Positions 16,627 through 26,213 of a stretch of 53,503 bases of DNA are shown here, one piece after another. Source of the DNA: a virus (Duplodnaviria; Caudoviricetes). Below the pieces are notes generated by a model that made no database searches, was not told where the DNA came from, and was given only the letters and a program-made list of their open reading frames with translations. Positions within the stretch are counted from its first letter, which is position 1; each line of letters begins with the position of its first letter. Location: positions 1-53,503 of IMG/VR virus record IMGVR_UViG_3300032373_000014; one strand, written 5' to 3'. Position numbers and translations under genes: made by a program.

Positions 16627-18975
16627 TTAAAGTTTAAAGCGGAGTTCGCCTGTCGCAGTCCGATAAATGTCACCGGTTGCCAGTAAAGCGGCAGCGGTAT
16701 CGTCAGCGTAAGTTGGAAGATTTGCGGCATTTAGCACCGCCCCAGTCATTTCGAAGTTTCCGACGTCAGCTACGTGATTGCCTTGGAAATCCCAAGTTCC
16801 ACCATTCAGGTCGTTGTCCCAGTGCGCTGCTATATTCGCTCCACCACGTATAAACACATCATTTGCCTGTGTCGGGTGCGCGCCACCTCGCAACTCAAAG
16901 TTACCTCCTTGGTTGTTGGCATTACCTCCCGACACGTTTAGATTGCCTGTGTTGGCTGCATCGCCACTAATTCTGAGAACCGAAGTTATCGCGTTGTCGC
17001 CAAGGATTACATCGCCTGCGAAGTTGGCCGCATAGGTACCATCTTCAATAGAAAACGCTGTCGTAGCACCAGCTAATACCTCAAAATCACCATTTGTTTC
17101 GTTTGATTGTAAGCTCCAACGCTCAACGCCTGTATCTTCTTTGAAGATAAGCTTTGGAGACTGGCTTACACCTGTAGAGTGAATCGTTAGATTTGCCTGA
17201 CTATTTTGGACAACCACATCACCTGCGAAGGTGGTGTTTTGGCTGCTGTCTATGGACAAGGCCTCAATCAGTCCAGTGGTGTTATTATGTGTGTAAAACT
17301 TTAAGCTACCAGCTTCTGTGTTAACACCCTCCGACCAACCCTCAATCGAGGCAACTTTCTTCTTGTTGATCGTGTCAGTGCTATTGACGTTGTGGAAAGT
17401 ATAGGCACCCAGCTTTCCCGCGTCCGCTGCTATGCGGTATCCTTGTGCTTCGAATAACCCGTACGAAGCACTAATTCCAGCGCCGCCCGATACGATAGCC
17501 GATGTTACCGAGCCGGTATCCAGCAGGCCCCCAGCGCTTCCAGCGAGAATATCTCCCGCAAAGGTGGCGGCATAGGTTGTGCCGTCCAGATGGAACATAC
17601 TTGTCGCGCTTGAACGGACGTCAACGTCCCCAGCCTGCGTGGCGTGGGTGCCACCAAACAACAGAACATCGCCGCCTGACCCTGAAGTTCCGCCGCCTAC
17701 TTGTATAAAATCTGCATTTGTCTCTCGGTTTATATTCCGATTATTCAGGGTGAGGTTTCCCATAAGAACTCCGCCCACTATGTTCACAGGATCACTAAAG
17801 TTCAGCACCCCGCCATTGGCTGATAGCGTGACAGCGCCCAAATCCCAAGACAGGAAACCTTCCAGAATCCCGTTACGTTTAAAGTCAAGCTGTGCCGAAG
17901 CTAGCGCGCCACTGTCAAAGGTAGTTTGCGCACCTGTGCCAGTGACAGTTAGGCCGACTGATGTAACTGCACCTCCAAAGGCAACATCACCCACAGCGTC
18001 CACAGTGACCCGGTTTACACCGCCCGTTTGCAAGCGCAGAACCTGCGAAGCATTCAACGCCACGCCGTCAAAAACGCCCGTAGCGGTAAAGACATCCGTA
18101 ACACCGCGCTGTAGCGTAAAGCTGTTGTCAACATCCACAGCGGACACAACCGTCATGTCTCCCGACGTAAGGGCTCCTGAAGCGGTAAATTGGCTAACAC
18201 CATCTATGTGGGCACCGTTAAGGCCCCATGTGTCCACGCCGTTATACGATAGCTTGTCGATGCCGTTTTGAGAGAGTGATATTAAACCTCCCACGCCCGC
18301 GTCTATGGTCGCGCTCGTTGTGAATCCTAACTCTCCGTCAACTTCGAGGCCGTTTGTCACCTTCCATAGGTCGGCGGTCTCATCAAACAGTATAGATGCG
18401 TCTGTTAGTGTGCCCCGATTGACAATCAGCCCAGCGTCAATTGTCGGTGCGCCTGTCAGTAAAGCGTTGAGGGTTAGCGTTGCATCGCCGATATTTACCT
18501 CATTGGCGGTTACGGTTGTTAGATCACCCTGCACTGTCATGTTTTGAACTGTCAGATCGCCAGAGATAACGCCGCCTGTCAGATCAAGCTTACCATCAAG
18601 CAAGTTTTGCAAATCGGTGACATCAGCGGCAACATGCTCGTGACCGACGTCGGACTTTGTCGCCATAAAGCCCGCGGTAAGATCTACGGCGACCTCTACG
18701 CTACTGCTTAGGACCAAAGCGACCGCGCCAGTCTTTGTATGTACTCCGCCCTCAATAGTGTGTTCGACGATAGTGCGTTCAAAAGTGTTTGTTGCCAGTC
18801 GGTACGTGCCCACCCCGATTTCTCTATTGTCTCCGTCTGTAATGACATACGGGACTGAAGTATCAGCGGCGAACCAAGCCGAGAACGAGACATGAGAAGC
18901 GTTAACAGCCCCACCAAGCGCAAGAGCTCCAGCTCCCGCTGTGATTGATAATTCTTTGATCAGATCTGCAATCAT
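16627..18975 (-). CDS. Long fibre protein encoded in the head module (head or neck fibre)
   Basis: 782 aa, Gly/Thr/Asp-rich with beta repeats (ATFAGD-like), GHEH..ADVTDLQ fibre repeat, N-terminal EIGVGTY motif. Confidence 0.75.
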   Translation of the reverse strand: MIADLIKELSITAGAGALALGGAVNASHVSFSAWFAADTSVPYVITDGDNREIGVGTYRLATNTFERTIVEHTIEGGVHTKTGAVALVLSSSVEVAVDLTAGFMATKSDVGHEHVAADVTDLQNLLDGKLDLTGGVISGDLTVQNMTVQGDLTTVTANEVNIGDATLTLNALLTGAPTIDAGLIVNRGTLTDASILFDETADLWKVTNGLEVDGELGFTTSATIDAGVGGLISLSQNGIDKLSYNGVDTWGLNGAHIDGVSQFTASGALTSGDMTVVSAVDVDNSFTLQRGVTDVFTATGVFDGVALNASQVLRLQTGGVNRVTVDAVGDVAFGGAVTSVGLTVTGTGAQTTFDSGALASAQLDFKRNGILEGFLSWDLGAVTLSANGGVLNFSDPVNIVGGVLMGNLTLNNRNINRETNADFIQVGGGTSGSGGDVLLFGGTHATQAGDVDVRSSATSMFHLDGTTYAATFAGDILAGSAGGLLDTGSVTSAIVSGGAGISASYGLFEAQGYRIAADAGKLGAYTFHNVNSTDTINKKKVASIEGWSEGVNTEAGSLKFYTHNNTTGLIEALSIDSSQNTTFAGDVVVQNSQANLTIHSTGVSQSPKLIFKEDTGVERWSLQSNETNGDFEVLAGATTAFSIEDGTYAANFAGDVILGDNAITSVLRISGDAANTGNLNVSGGNANNQGGNFELRGGAHPTQANDVFIRGGANIAAHWDNDLNGGTWDFQGNHVADVGNFEMTGAVLNAANLPTYADDTAAALLATGDIYRTATGELRFKL

Positions 18976-19072
18976 TCTAGCTGTCCAAGGTTAACTGATT
19001 ACGAGTTTTAAGTGGGAGCCAGGCTGCGTACCGACACATAGCAACCGGCCCCCTAAGCGCCCCGGAGGGTGC

Positions 19073-19423
19073 CTATTCTCCGTCGGTGGTTTGGTTTTCT
19101 AGGGCGGTCCAAGCATCATCGCGCTCTTTGGCTGACATTTCGCAGCCCGCATCTGCCAGGGCTCGTACATCTGGTCGGCCGTCATTGGTCCAATGTTTTT
19201 CGTTGCCTTCTTCGAGGCTCGCGACAGCATCTTCAAATGAGACAGCGACGATAGTGCCTTCATCGCTCCACCCACACTCCGCCGCAATTGCCGCAACTTC
19301 CTCGGCATCCGACACGGGGATTGGATTATCTTCATCGGCCTTGAGCGCATATACGCGACGGCCACCGGCTGCGATCTTGCAGTCCTGATTTACCGCAATG
19401 CTAATTGTTTGTTCTTCGGACAT
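19073..19423 (-). CDS. Capsid-adjacent small protein
   Basis: HWT.DG.P.V.AL.......AKERD.AW motif found in post-capsid genes. Confidence 0.65.
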   Translation of the reverse strand: MSEEQTISIAVNQDCKIAAGGRRVYALKADEDNPIPVSDAEEVAAIAAECGWSDEGTIVAVSFEDAVASLEEGNEKHWTNDGRPDVRALADAGCEMSAKERDDAWTALENQTTDGE

Positions 19424-19440
19424 TTTTGTCCCTTTCCATC

Positions 19441-19471
19441 AAAAAAAAGCTGGCCCGAAGACCAGCTTTTT
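19441..19471 (-). terminator. Intrinsic terminator after the major capsid gene (potentially bidirectional)
   Basis: AAAAAGCTGG-CCCGAAGA-CCAGCTTTTT with an A8 tract (U8 on the minus strand). Confidence 0.8.
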
Positions 19472-19498
19472 AGATTAAATTACAGTGTTAGAAGGCAA

Positions 19499-20815
19499 CT
19501 AGAGTGCGAACTGCAGCAGCTTCAACGGCTCATCATTCACCAATGCGCCCCCAACACGCCGAGTAGCGTAAAAGTTCACATACGGCTTGTTGGTGTATGG
19601 GTCGCGAAGGACACGGGTACCCATGCGCTCTACAAGCGTGTATGCCCGTTCAAAATTGCCGAAAGCAATAGAGAGTGAGTTTGCCGCGATATCCGGCATA
19701 TCTTCTGCCTCAACAACGCCGTAGCCAAGAATGGTATCTGGGCGCCCTTCAGCGAGCCCAGCGCGCCAAATGAAATTGCCGTCACCATCCTTCATCTTGC
19801 GAACTGTGGCAATTGTTGAAGAGTTCAAAACAAACCGTGCGCCTTGGCGGTACCTCGCTTTCAACGAATGAACCAGGTCAATCAATATATTTTCAGGCTC
19901 AGCAGCTGCAAACCCACCAGCGACACCCGTCTTAAGGGCCTGAATGGTGCCGAATGCACGTGCCCCATCCACATTCTGGTCAGTGGTATAGGCCAAGAAA
20001 CCCTTTGGTTTATCAACACCGTTACCGTTCACGATAGCCGACCCTTCTTGCGCAGCAAACTCTTCAGCCACTTCTTCCATCAACCAGGCTTCGCCGTCAA
20101 AGGTCATGTCATCCAAAGATCGTTGCGTCGCAGCGGCATTGGCAAAGATTTCACCGGGAACAATCGCAACTTCTTCGAGCTTCGGCGTGGTGGTGTTAGC
20201 ACGAGCGCCTACTTCACCCACCCAGCCAGAACCGGCGCCAGTGGTTTTTACCAAGCGTTTATAGTCGCTGGTCTCAATCGTTTTCACTTTGACAATAGAG
20301 CGCATTGGCGAAAGGTCTTTGAGTTGACGCTCGATTTCAGAGTCAACAACAGTAGGAACCGCATAACCGCCATCGCCGCCCGTCGCCGTGGACAGAGCTT
20401 TTTCCTCGAATGCCTTCAGATCAACGTCATCGCCTTTCTGGAGAAATTTGTTAAAGAACGCCGCTTTATGCTGGTTCGCGACCTCGGCGCCTTTGTTCTC
20501 AGCGTCCCCAGCCGCGCCTGGTCGCTTCTGCTTGGTCTCAAGGTCTGCAACCGCTGCTTTCGCTTCATCGATCTTCCCGTTCAGAAAATCAGCAAGCTTT
20601 GTCTCGCCAGCGTCAACAGCGTTTTGGAACTTCGTAACGGCTTCATCGACGCCCATCGGAGCGGCTTTCGCTTCTGCGGGCTTCTTCTCCGCTACAGCTT
20701 TTGCCTCAGCGGCATCAGTTTCAACTTTTTCGATGCGGTCGCCCAGCTTTTCCAAACCGGTTTCTGCAGTCTTCGCATAATCATCGATGGCGGCTTTCAA
20801 ATCTGTCATTTCCAT
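19499..20815 (-). CDS. Major capsid protein, HK97 family
   Basis: DGGYAVP, SPMR, GWVGE, GNG..KPKGFL, FGNF, LRDPYTNKPYV.FYAT.RVGG. Confidence 0.97.
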   Translation of the reverse strand: MEMTDLKAAIDDYAKTAETGLEKLGDRIEKVETDAAEAKAVAEKKPAEAKAAPMGVDEAVTKFQNAVDAGETKLADFLNGKIDEAKAAVADLETKQKRPGAAGDAENKGAEVANQHKAAFFNKFLQKGDDVDLKAFEEKALSTATGGDGGYAVPTVVDSEIERQLKDLSPMRSIVKVKTIETSDYKRLVKTTGAGSGWVGEVGARANTTTPKLEEVAIVPGEIFANAAATQRSLDDMTFDGEAWLMEEVAEEFAAQEGSAIVNGNGVDKPKGFLAYTTDQNVDGARAFGTIQALKTGVAGGFAAAEPENILIDLVHSLKARYRQGARFVLNSSTIATVRKMKDGDGNFIWRAGLAEGRPDTILGYGVVEAEDMPDIAANSLSIAFGNFERAYTLVERMGTRVLRDPYTNKPYVNFYATRRVGGALVNDEPLKLLQFAL

Positions 20816-20826
20816 GACTGTACCTC

Positions 20827-21477
20827 TTAGTTTTGTGTGAGTTTTGCGGCGCGCGCTTTTAATTGCAGCGCCAGTTCAATGGCTTGCACTTCGTCTGCCT
20901 CACACAGACCCCCGTTTAGCCCTTTAAAGCCCTTGGCGGTGATCGCCTTGGCTTGTGTGCGGCTGTAACCTGCCTCTCGCAGGAACCTTTCGAACTTGCG
21001 TTCGTCCGTTATTTCAGTCGCGGATTTCACGGCGCTAACACGCGCCAATTCGTTTGCAGGGAACGTAACCAACGAAACCTCCATAAGGTCCGCTTCGTGG
21101 ATAGTTCTCACACCGGTTTGGTGGTCCCTACTTGCTTCTTTGGTTACAAAGCCGATAGAAAGCCCGTTCAGCGCCCCCATTTTGAGAAGGTCATAAGCTT
21201 CTTTGCCGCGACCGCTCATGGCGAGACGGCCTTTAACATAGAGCCCGCGTTTGTCCTCGCGCACCTCGTCAAATGTACCGATCGGCTGTTTTTGATCGTG
21301 TTGCCACAAGAGAGCTGGCTTTTGCTGACTGAGGCTACTTACGAAAGCCCCAGCCGAAACCACATCACCATCCCTGTCCTGATTTCCAAAGATTGAGCCG
21401 TAGCCTTCAAACGTCCCAAGTTTATCATCGCCCTTTGCCTCCAGGCTAAGATCATAGGTGTGCTGTGTGAAGTCCAT
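20827..21477 (-). CDS. Prohead protease, HK97 family
   Basis: FEGYGSIFG, LLWQHD, GLSIGF, EVSLVTFPAN. Confidence 0.96.
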   Translation of the reverse strand: MDFTQHTYDLSLEAKGDDKLGTFEGYGSIFGNQDRDGDVVSAGAFVSSLSQQKPALLWQHDQKQPIGTFDEVREDKRGLYVKGRLAMSGRGKEAYDLLKMGALNGLSIGFVTKEASRDHQTGVRTIHEADLMEVSLVTFPANELARVSAVKSATEITDERKFERFLREAGYSRTQAKAITAKGFKGLNGGLCEADEVQAIELALQLKARAAKLTQN

Positions 21478-21490
21478 ATGGATTCCCCAT

Positions 21491-21514
21491 TAAAAAACCC
21501 GCTCAAATGCGGGT
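21491..21514 (-). terminator. Terminator-like hairpin between the MuF locus and the protease gene
   Basis: Minus strand ACCCGC-ATTTGA-GCGGGT followed by a T run. Confidence 0.65.
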
Positions 21515-21542
21515 CAGATAGGTCGGTTTGTTTGGTATTCTT

Positions 21543-21707
21543 TTACGCGGCGGTCGGTGCCAATTCGGAAAGCTTTAATTCAACCATATTTTCAGCAAGC
21601 GCCAATGCGTCTGCGACACCGGGCGTACCTAGTGGGTGTTGCTTTAACTCATTGAGCCAAGCTTGCCATTCCTCTAAAGGCGCATTGAATTCAGGGCCGT
21701 CAAACAT
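21543..21707 (-). CDS. 54-aa ORF after MuF (candidate partner/immunity protein); not in the ORF track
   Basis: Hand-translated MFDGPEFNAPLEEWQAWLNELKQHPLGTPGVADALALAENMVELKLSELAPTAA, starting 3 nt after the MuF stop. Confidence 0.6.
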   Translation of the reverse strand: MFDGPEFNAPLEEWQAWLNELKQHPLGTPGVADALALAENMVELKLSELAPTAA

Positions 21708-21710
21708 TCA

Positions 21711-23135
21711 CTAGTTTTCCTCTATCACCGCGACAGCAGCGTTTACTGCTTCATCTAGAATATGCGCGTTTTTACGCCAAATTTCAAGTTGCCGGGCGGA
21801 AAGCTTGAATTCGTACTGTATTATTCCGGCCTTGGACAAAGCCAGGTTCGTGATGTGCGCTGCAAAGCTGGACAAGTCGTTTTCTGCTGTCAGGCCACCC
21901 CTGTAAGCAGTTTGGAGAACGCTACCCGATCCCCTAAACAAACGTACCCAGTATTCTCGCAAAGCAGTGCCATCAACGGCATGGCCATGATACCAGCCGC
22001 CATCGTGAGCGTGTGCCCATACCCGTGAGAGGCTGGGCAGGCTATCCGTCAGCCCCAAATCGGCAAGCGACAAGCTGCTGCTGGACGGGTGATTGTGGTG
22101 AGCCTCAATATTTCGGCCTTTAAACCGGGTTGCCTGATACATTTTATTAGTAAGGCTTACACTGCGCACATCGTTGTCAGTGGTAGCGTCAATCCGTACC
22201 CCGTTGGCCCGGTCGATCATAAGCAGATGTTCAACACCTGTTGCCGAACCTTTCTCACGCAAATAGCGCTGTGCTTCTCGCTGCGCGATGCTCAATGCTT
22301 CTAGTTCCGCGGCTGGCAGTTTTTGCGCCGGCTCTAAACTGGTGTCCCGAGGCCCTTCATTCTCTAGCTCGCCGGTTTCATAAGTCTTGACACATCGGCA
22401 GCCCGCCCGTTCTTTCAGCGGCAATGCCGGGTCGCCAGGGTGTTTCGCCTTATAGCCGCCTACTGTGAAGCTGGCGCCGTGCGGAACCTTCTGCTTATCC
22501 GCTATGCGGTGTGTTTGCCGGGTACGCGGCCCTCTCGTAGCGACCCATGTGTCGATCATCGGTAGCCCGGATACTTCCGCAGCTGTATCGAGCGCTTTCA
22601 TCGAAGCGGTGTGTATCTCCGTCCTGGCAATAAAGTGCGCCCGGGTTCGGTTGATACGCTTCGCCTTTTCCCTGATAGCCTTTGCTGTTTGTTCTACTGT
22701 CCACCCGTCGGTGACTGACTTAACAAGCAACCGCCGAATAGCTTTTTTTGAGCCCGCGCTAATGTAGCGAACCTCTGTCGCTCCGTATCGCCGAAGCCAT
22801 AGGGTTATCGAATGTTCAAAATCATGGTTCTTGGTTTCCACTCTGAAGTGAGCGGACTTTCCTAGACGATCAAAGAACCTTTCACCGAAAACCCTTGCCG
22901 CTACGGTCGTGTATGCCCCCGTAATGCGCGATAAGCGCTTTTCATGGCTGTCTATAGCCTCCATAGCTGGTTCGTGGCTTACGCCCTGCCGTATCAATCG
23001 GGCGACATCAAACCAAGAAACATCGAGTGCGATTTTGAGACGGGACGTGAAAGGCTTTTCGTGCGCCATCATTATCCGTATTTGCGCCGCATGCTCTCGT
23101 TGGACAGCACGGCGCGACCCCAAATTGACAGGCAC
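21711..23135 (-). CDS. MuF/SPP1 gp7 head morphogenesis protein with JAB/MPN-like C-terminal extension
   Basis: RA..IARTE, W......RTR.TH and HPGDP......GCRC motifs; extension carries EH...HHNHPSSSSLSLADL. Confidence 0.85.
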   Translation of the reverse strand: MPVNLGSRRAVQREHAAQIRIMMAHEKPFTSRLKIALDVSWFDVARLIRQGVSHEPAMEAIDSHEKRLSRITGAYTTVAARVFGERFFDRLGKSAHFRVETKNHDFEHSITLWLRRYGATEVRYISAGSKKAIRRLLVKSVTDGWTVEQTAKAIREKAKRINRTRAHFIARTEIHTASMKALDTAAEVSGLPMIDTWVATRGPRTRQTHRIADKQKVPHGASFTVGGYKAKHPGDPALPLKERAGCRCVKTYETGELENEGPRDTSLEPAQKLPAAELEALSIAQREAQRYLREKGSATGVEHLLMIDRANGVRIDATTDNDVRSVSLTNKMYQATRFKGRNIEAHHNHPSSSSLSLADLGLTDSLPSLSRVWAHAHDGGWYHGHAVDGTALREYWVRLFRGSGSVLQTAYRGGLTAENDLSSFAAHITNLALSKAGIIQYEFKLSARQLEIWRKNAHILDEAVNAAVAVIEEN

Positions 23136-24373
23136 TAGTCATCCAAACCGTCGTCGATGCTGTCTTCGTCGTCGGTAGCTTCGCCAAGCGGCAGTTTTCC
23201 AGCGTCGATGTAAAGTACGTCGCCACCCTCGACGGTGTCCATGCCAAACGCCAGTCGTTTCTCGTTAATCAGCATGAAGTCAGCTCGCTGGATGCGCTCG
23301 AACTTCTTTTGCCGTTTCGGCTCCAATGCCGGTATTTCTTCCAGGTCGAGGCGGAGTTTCAAGCCTTTTGTACCGAACTGCGGCACCAGCCAATTGTTGA
23401 GTTCTCCAACGATTTCGTTCGCCATAGGGATAACAGTGTCTTCCCACAGGCTTTGCCTTGCTTCTGAATAATTCGAATAGGTTTGCGCGTCCGGTATTCC
23501 TAACATCTGCGGCGGAACCCCGAAGGCTTGAGCGATCTCGCGCGCATTCATATTTTTACCCGTGGTCCAATCCATATCTTTAGGCGACATGCCCATGTCC
23601 TGCCACTTGAGCCCACCTTCAAGCAGTAACGGTCGCCCGGCATTAGCCGCGCCTGTATGGTGGCTCTCCACCGCTCGCTTCAGCGTGTTATATTGCGCTT
23701 CTGTTAGCGGATTTTCTGCATCTTCTTGATATAAAACGCCGGACGGTGTGCCGCCATTTTGAATGAGAGCGAGATTCCAACGGCTACCTTCATTATGCCC
23801 GTCTATTGCTAGCGCTGCAGCCTCGATCGGCGCCATTCCGTACCAATCGGAAAGTGGGTTAAATGCTTTCCAATGAAACACATTCTCAGCTGCGTAGCGC
23901 TGTTTTCGACCGCCTACTTGCTGCTCGTATCCCTGCGGTAAGCCGTCATTTCCCTCAAGCACGCTCATGGTATCAGGGCGCAGCAGCCACAACTCTTTCG
24001 GTGGCGCGTTTTCAGGGCCTATACCAAGCGTGTAAGCGTTTCCGGCGATCAGGTGGTACCCGACCAAATTATAGAGGTAGTTTGCCCCTTCCATTTTCGG
24101 GTTTGGCCTAGCGAGAAGCGAGAGCAGCGGGTGCTCGTCAATCGTATCGCCTTTTCTTTCCAACACCAGCGGTATGGAGCCAATAGCCCGAGCGACGAGG
24201 TTCACCGCCCTGTATGCGATGACGTTCTGTTGATAGCCTTCGCTCGCAAGTTTGTCATAGCGCCTCGGTGTCGCGACAGCCTGCCCTGGACCTACCCGGT
24301 TAAAAATTGGCTTGCTAGTGCTGGCTTTCACTTCCCCTTTTGGACGCTGGAAAAACCTGTCAAAAATCGCCAT
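23135..24373 (-). CDS. Portal protein, HK97 family
   Basis: EGY.QN.IAYR, HPLL.LL.RPNP, NAGRPLLLEGGLKW, AREIA.AFGVPP.MLGIP...TYSNY. Confidence 0.96.
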   Translation of the reverse strand: MAIFDRFFQRPKGEVKASTSKPIFNRVGPGQAVATPRRYDKLASEGYQQNVIAYRAVNLVARAIGSIPLVLERKGDTIDEHPLLSLLARPNPKMEGANYLYNLVGYHLIAGNAYTLGIGPENAPPKELWLLRPDTMSVLEGNDGLPQGYEQQVGGRKQRYAAENVFHWKAFNPLSDWYGMAPIEAAALAIDGHNEGSRWNLALIQNGGTPSGVLYQEDAENPLTEAQYNTLKRAVESHHTGAANAGRPLLLEGGLKWQDMGMSPKDMDWTTGKNMNAREIAQAFGVPPQMLGIPDAQTYSNYSEARQSLWEDTVIPMANEIVGELNNWLVPQFGTKGLKLRLDLEEIPALEPKRQKKFERIQRADFMLINEKRLAFGMDTVEGGDVLYIDAGKLPLGEATDDEDSIDDGLDD

Positions 24374-25683
24374 CAAAGGCTCCTTATCTGGGGGCGGGCA
24401 TTTGGTGCCAGCATCAGGTGCGTCAGCGCCCATACAAGCGCGTCAACGCGATCAGGGCTGCCCTGATTATCCCTGTCAAATGATCCGGTAAAGGAACACA
24501 TCTGATCCTCCAAAAGGGGATGTGAACCAACGTGGCTTACCCTGCCTTGCTCATAGACCGCCGCAACGGGTTCTGCTCTAGCGACCTTCCCTCTTGAAGC
24601 ATGAACCATTTTGACAGGCACGTTCGCGTCGACCTGGCGCAGTACAGACTCACACATCACGCCGCCTTGATTTACTTCTATTACGATCCGGTCCGCGCCA
24701 AGCTCATGGTAAAGGCCTACAGCTTTATTTGCCCAACCAGCGGGGGAAAGACCCTGCACGCTTCTGTCAGCCACTATGTAGCCGCGGCTGTCTTGCCCAA
24801 GGCCCGCCGCAACTATCCCGCATTCGTCAGCGTTTTCCCCTACGGAGATTGGAGGGTCAACGGCTACAACCAATCGCTCTAACGGCGGCGCTTCATTTAC
24901 CCTGTGGCTGTCAATTTCTGCTCGCTGCCAAAGTGCTCCCGGCACATCTTTGAGTATTTCCGCCATAAGTTCTTGGCGGCCCACTCGGGTCCCTTCATAT
25001 TTCGATATGATCTCACTAGCGAAACTGGGCGCGAGGTTTTGCAGATTGTCAAATGTAGTGCCGCGCGTGATCTGTACGTTGTTTTGGGCCACGAGGTTTT
25101 TGAGCAAAATAATCGGTTTGGGTGTCGTCGTGATACATGTGCGCGGCTGTTTTCCGAGCCGCAGGCCAAACATCAGGTTATCCCATGTCGCCTCGGCCCT
25201 TTTCCAAGCACACATCTCGTCGCACCATGCGGCATCGAACTGCGGCCCTCTCAGACGTTCCGGCTCTTCAGCACTATAGAGAAAAGCCTTGGCCCCATTT
25301 TTCCAGACAACCGTTCTTTTCGCCGGGAAGAACTTGGCGCGGTTCCAAGGTGGGCATATTCCCTCTAACCCGCTTTCACCTTCCACCATTGTCTTGCGAG
25401 CGTCTTCACCGGTGGGTGCAATAAGCGCTATTCGTTTTGCTTGACCGGTCTCTACCAGGTTCCTAACCCACTCGGCACCGGTGCGCGTTTTACCAAAGCC
25501 CCGCCCGGCCATAATGAGCCAATGCACCCAATCACCTTCAGGGGGAAGTTGGCTATCCCTTGCCCAGAAAGTCCAATCGTATAAAAGTTGGGCGTGTTCT
25601 TCGTCAGTGAGGTTTTGGATTAGGTTTTTTATTTGCAGCGGCTTCAAGTCGTTTATGGAGAAGCGCTTTTGATTGTTCGGCAT
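24373..25683 (-). CDS. terL: Terminase large subunit
   Basis: AGRGFGKTR Walker A, LRGPQF.AAWCDE, VVAVDPP, SPDRVDALVWA; start uncertain. Confidence 0.96.
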   Translation of the reverse strand: MPNNQKRFSINDLKPLQIKNLIQNLTDEEHAQLLYDWTFWARDSQLPPEGDWVHWLIMAGRGFGKTRTGAEWVRNLVETGQAKRIALIAPTGEDARKTMVEGESGLEGICPPWNRAKFFPAKRTVVWKNGAKAFLYSAEEPERLRGPQFDAAWCDEMCAWKRAEATWDNLMFGLRLGKQPRTCITTTPKPIILLKNLVAQNNVQITRGTTFDNLQNLAPSFASEIISKYEGTRVGRQELMAEILKDVPGALWQRAEIDSHRVNEAPPLERLVVAVDPPISVGENADECGIVAAGLGQDSRGYIVADRSVQGLSPAGWANKAVGLYHELGADRIVIEVNQGGVMCESVLRQVDANVPVKMVHASRGKVARAEPVAAVYEQGRVSHVGSHPLLEDQMCSFTGSFDRDNQGSPDRVDALVWALTHLMLAPNARPQIRSL

Positions 25684-26176
25684 AATTCACCGTTTCTATT
25701 GGCCCGCCGTCTGGACCCGAAAGCTCGGTACTGTGCCCGTAGCCCTCATCTTTCATTTTCCGGTCCGCGTACCAGCGGGTCATGGTGTCGTCGCCGCGAC
25801 GGAGCAAACTGGTAATGTTGTCTCTGGCGTATTCCTTGTTGCGTTCTTCGCCTGTTGAACACGCGTCCATGACGATCTTGGACTTGCTCTTGGCTCGGGA
25901 GACTGTTTCGCGCGCCCTACCGATGCGCTTTGCCGCGTCCGTAACTATGCCGCCCTCCGCATGAAGTGCCGCAGCAAACCATGCATACCGCAAATCATCG
26001 TCCGAATTCATGTAACGGTCGAACTGAGCCTTGCTAATCCTGAGACTGTCGTGGATGTCTTGCGGTCTGGCCTCATTGTCTTTGATGGCTTCCAACAGGT
26101 ATTCGCGGTGCTGGTCTGTTAACTCGCTCGCTATCAGAGGCCATTCGACTTTAGACATCATTGACTCCAAATTCAT
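25604..26176 (-). CDS. terS: Probable terminase small subunit
   Basis: HTH-like segments and ELSGPDGGPI motif; immediately upstream of terL. Confidence 0.75.
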   Translation of the reverse strand: MNLESMMSKVEWPLIASELTDQHREYLLEAIKDNEARPQDIHDSLRISKAQFDRYMNSDDDLRYAWFAAALHAEGGIVTDAAKRIGRARETVSRAKSKSKIVMDACSTGEERNKEYARDNITSLLRRGDDTMTRWYADRKMKDEGYGHSTELSGPDGGPIETVNYAEQSKALLHKRLEAAANKKPNPKPH

Positions 26177-26213
26177 TGGGCGACAGAATTAACAGCATTG
26201 AGGGGGGTTACAC

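Noticed and set aside
17579-18271. 230-aa plus-strand ORF
   Set aside because: Antisense shadow of the Gly/Thr-rich fibre gene
4600-18975. Diversity-generating retroelement or invertible tail-fibre system
   Set aside because: No reverse transcriptase, invertase or template/variable repeat pair seen
19014-19072. GC-rich hairpins upstream of the fibre gene
   Set aside because: No U-tract or recognisable RNA family; insufficient evidence for a feature
19844-20830. 328-aa plus-strand ORF
   Set aside because: Antisense shadow of the codon-biased capsid gene with no coupling signals; it also shows that long antisense frames can arise without function
7442-25683. Gene transfer agent rather than a prophage
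   Set aside because: Structural genes are GTA-like, but att sites, integrase, repressor switch and replication genes define a temperate phage
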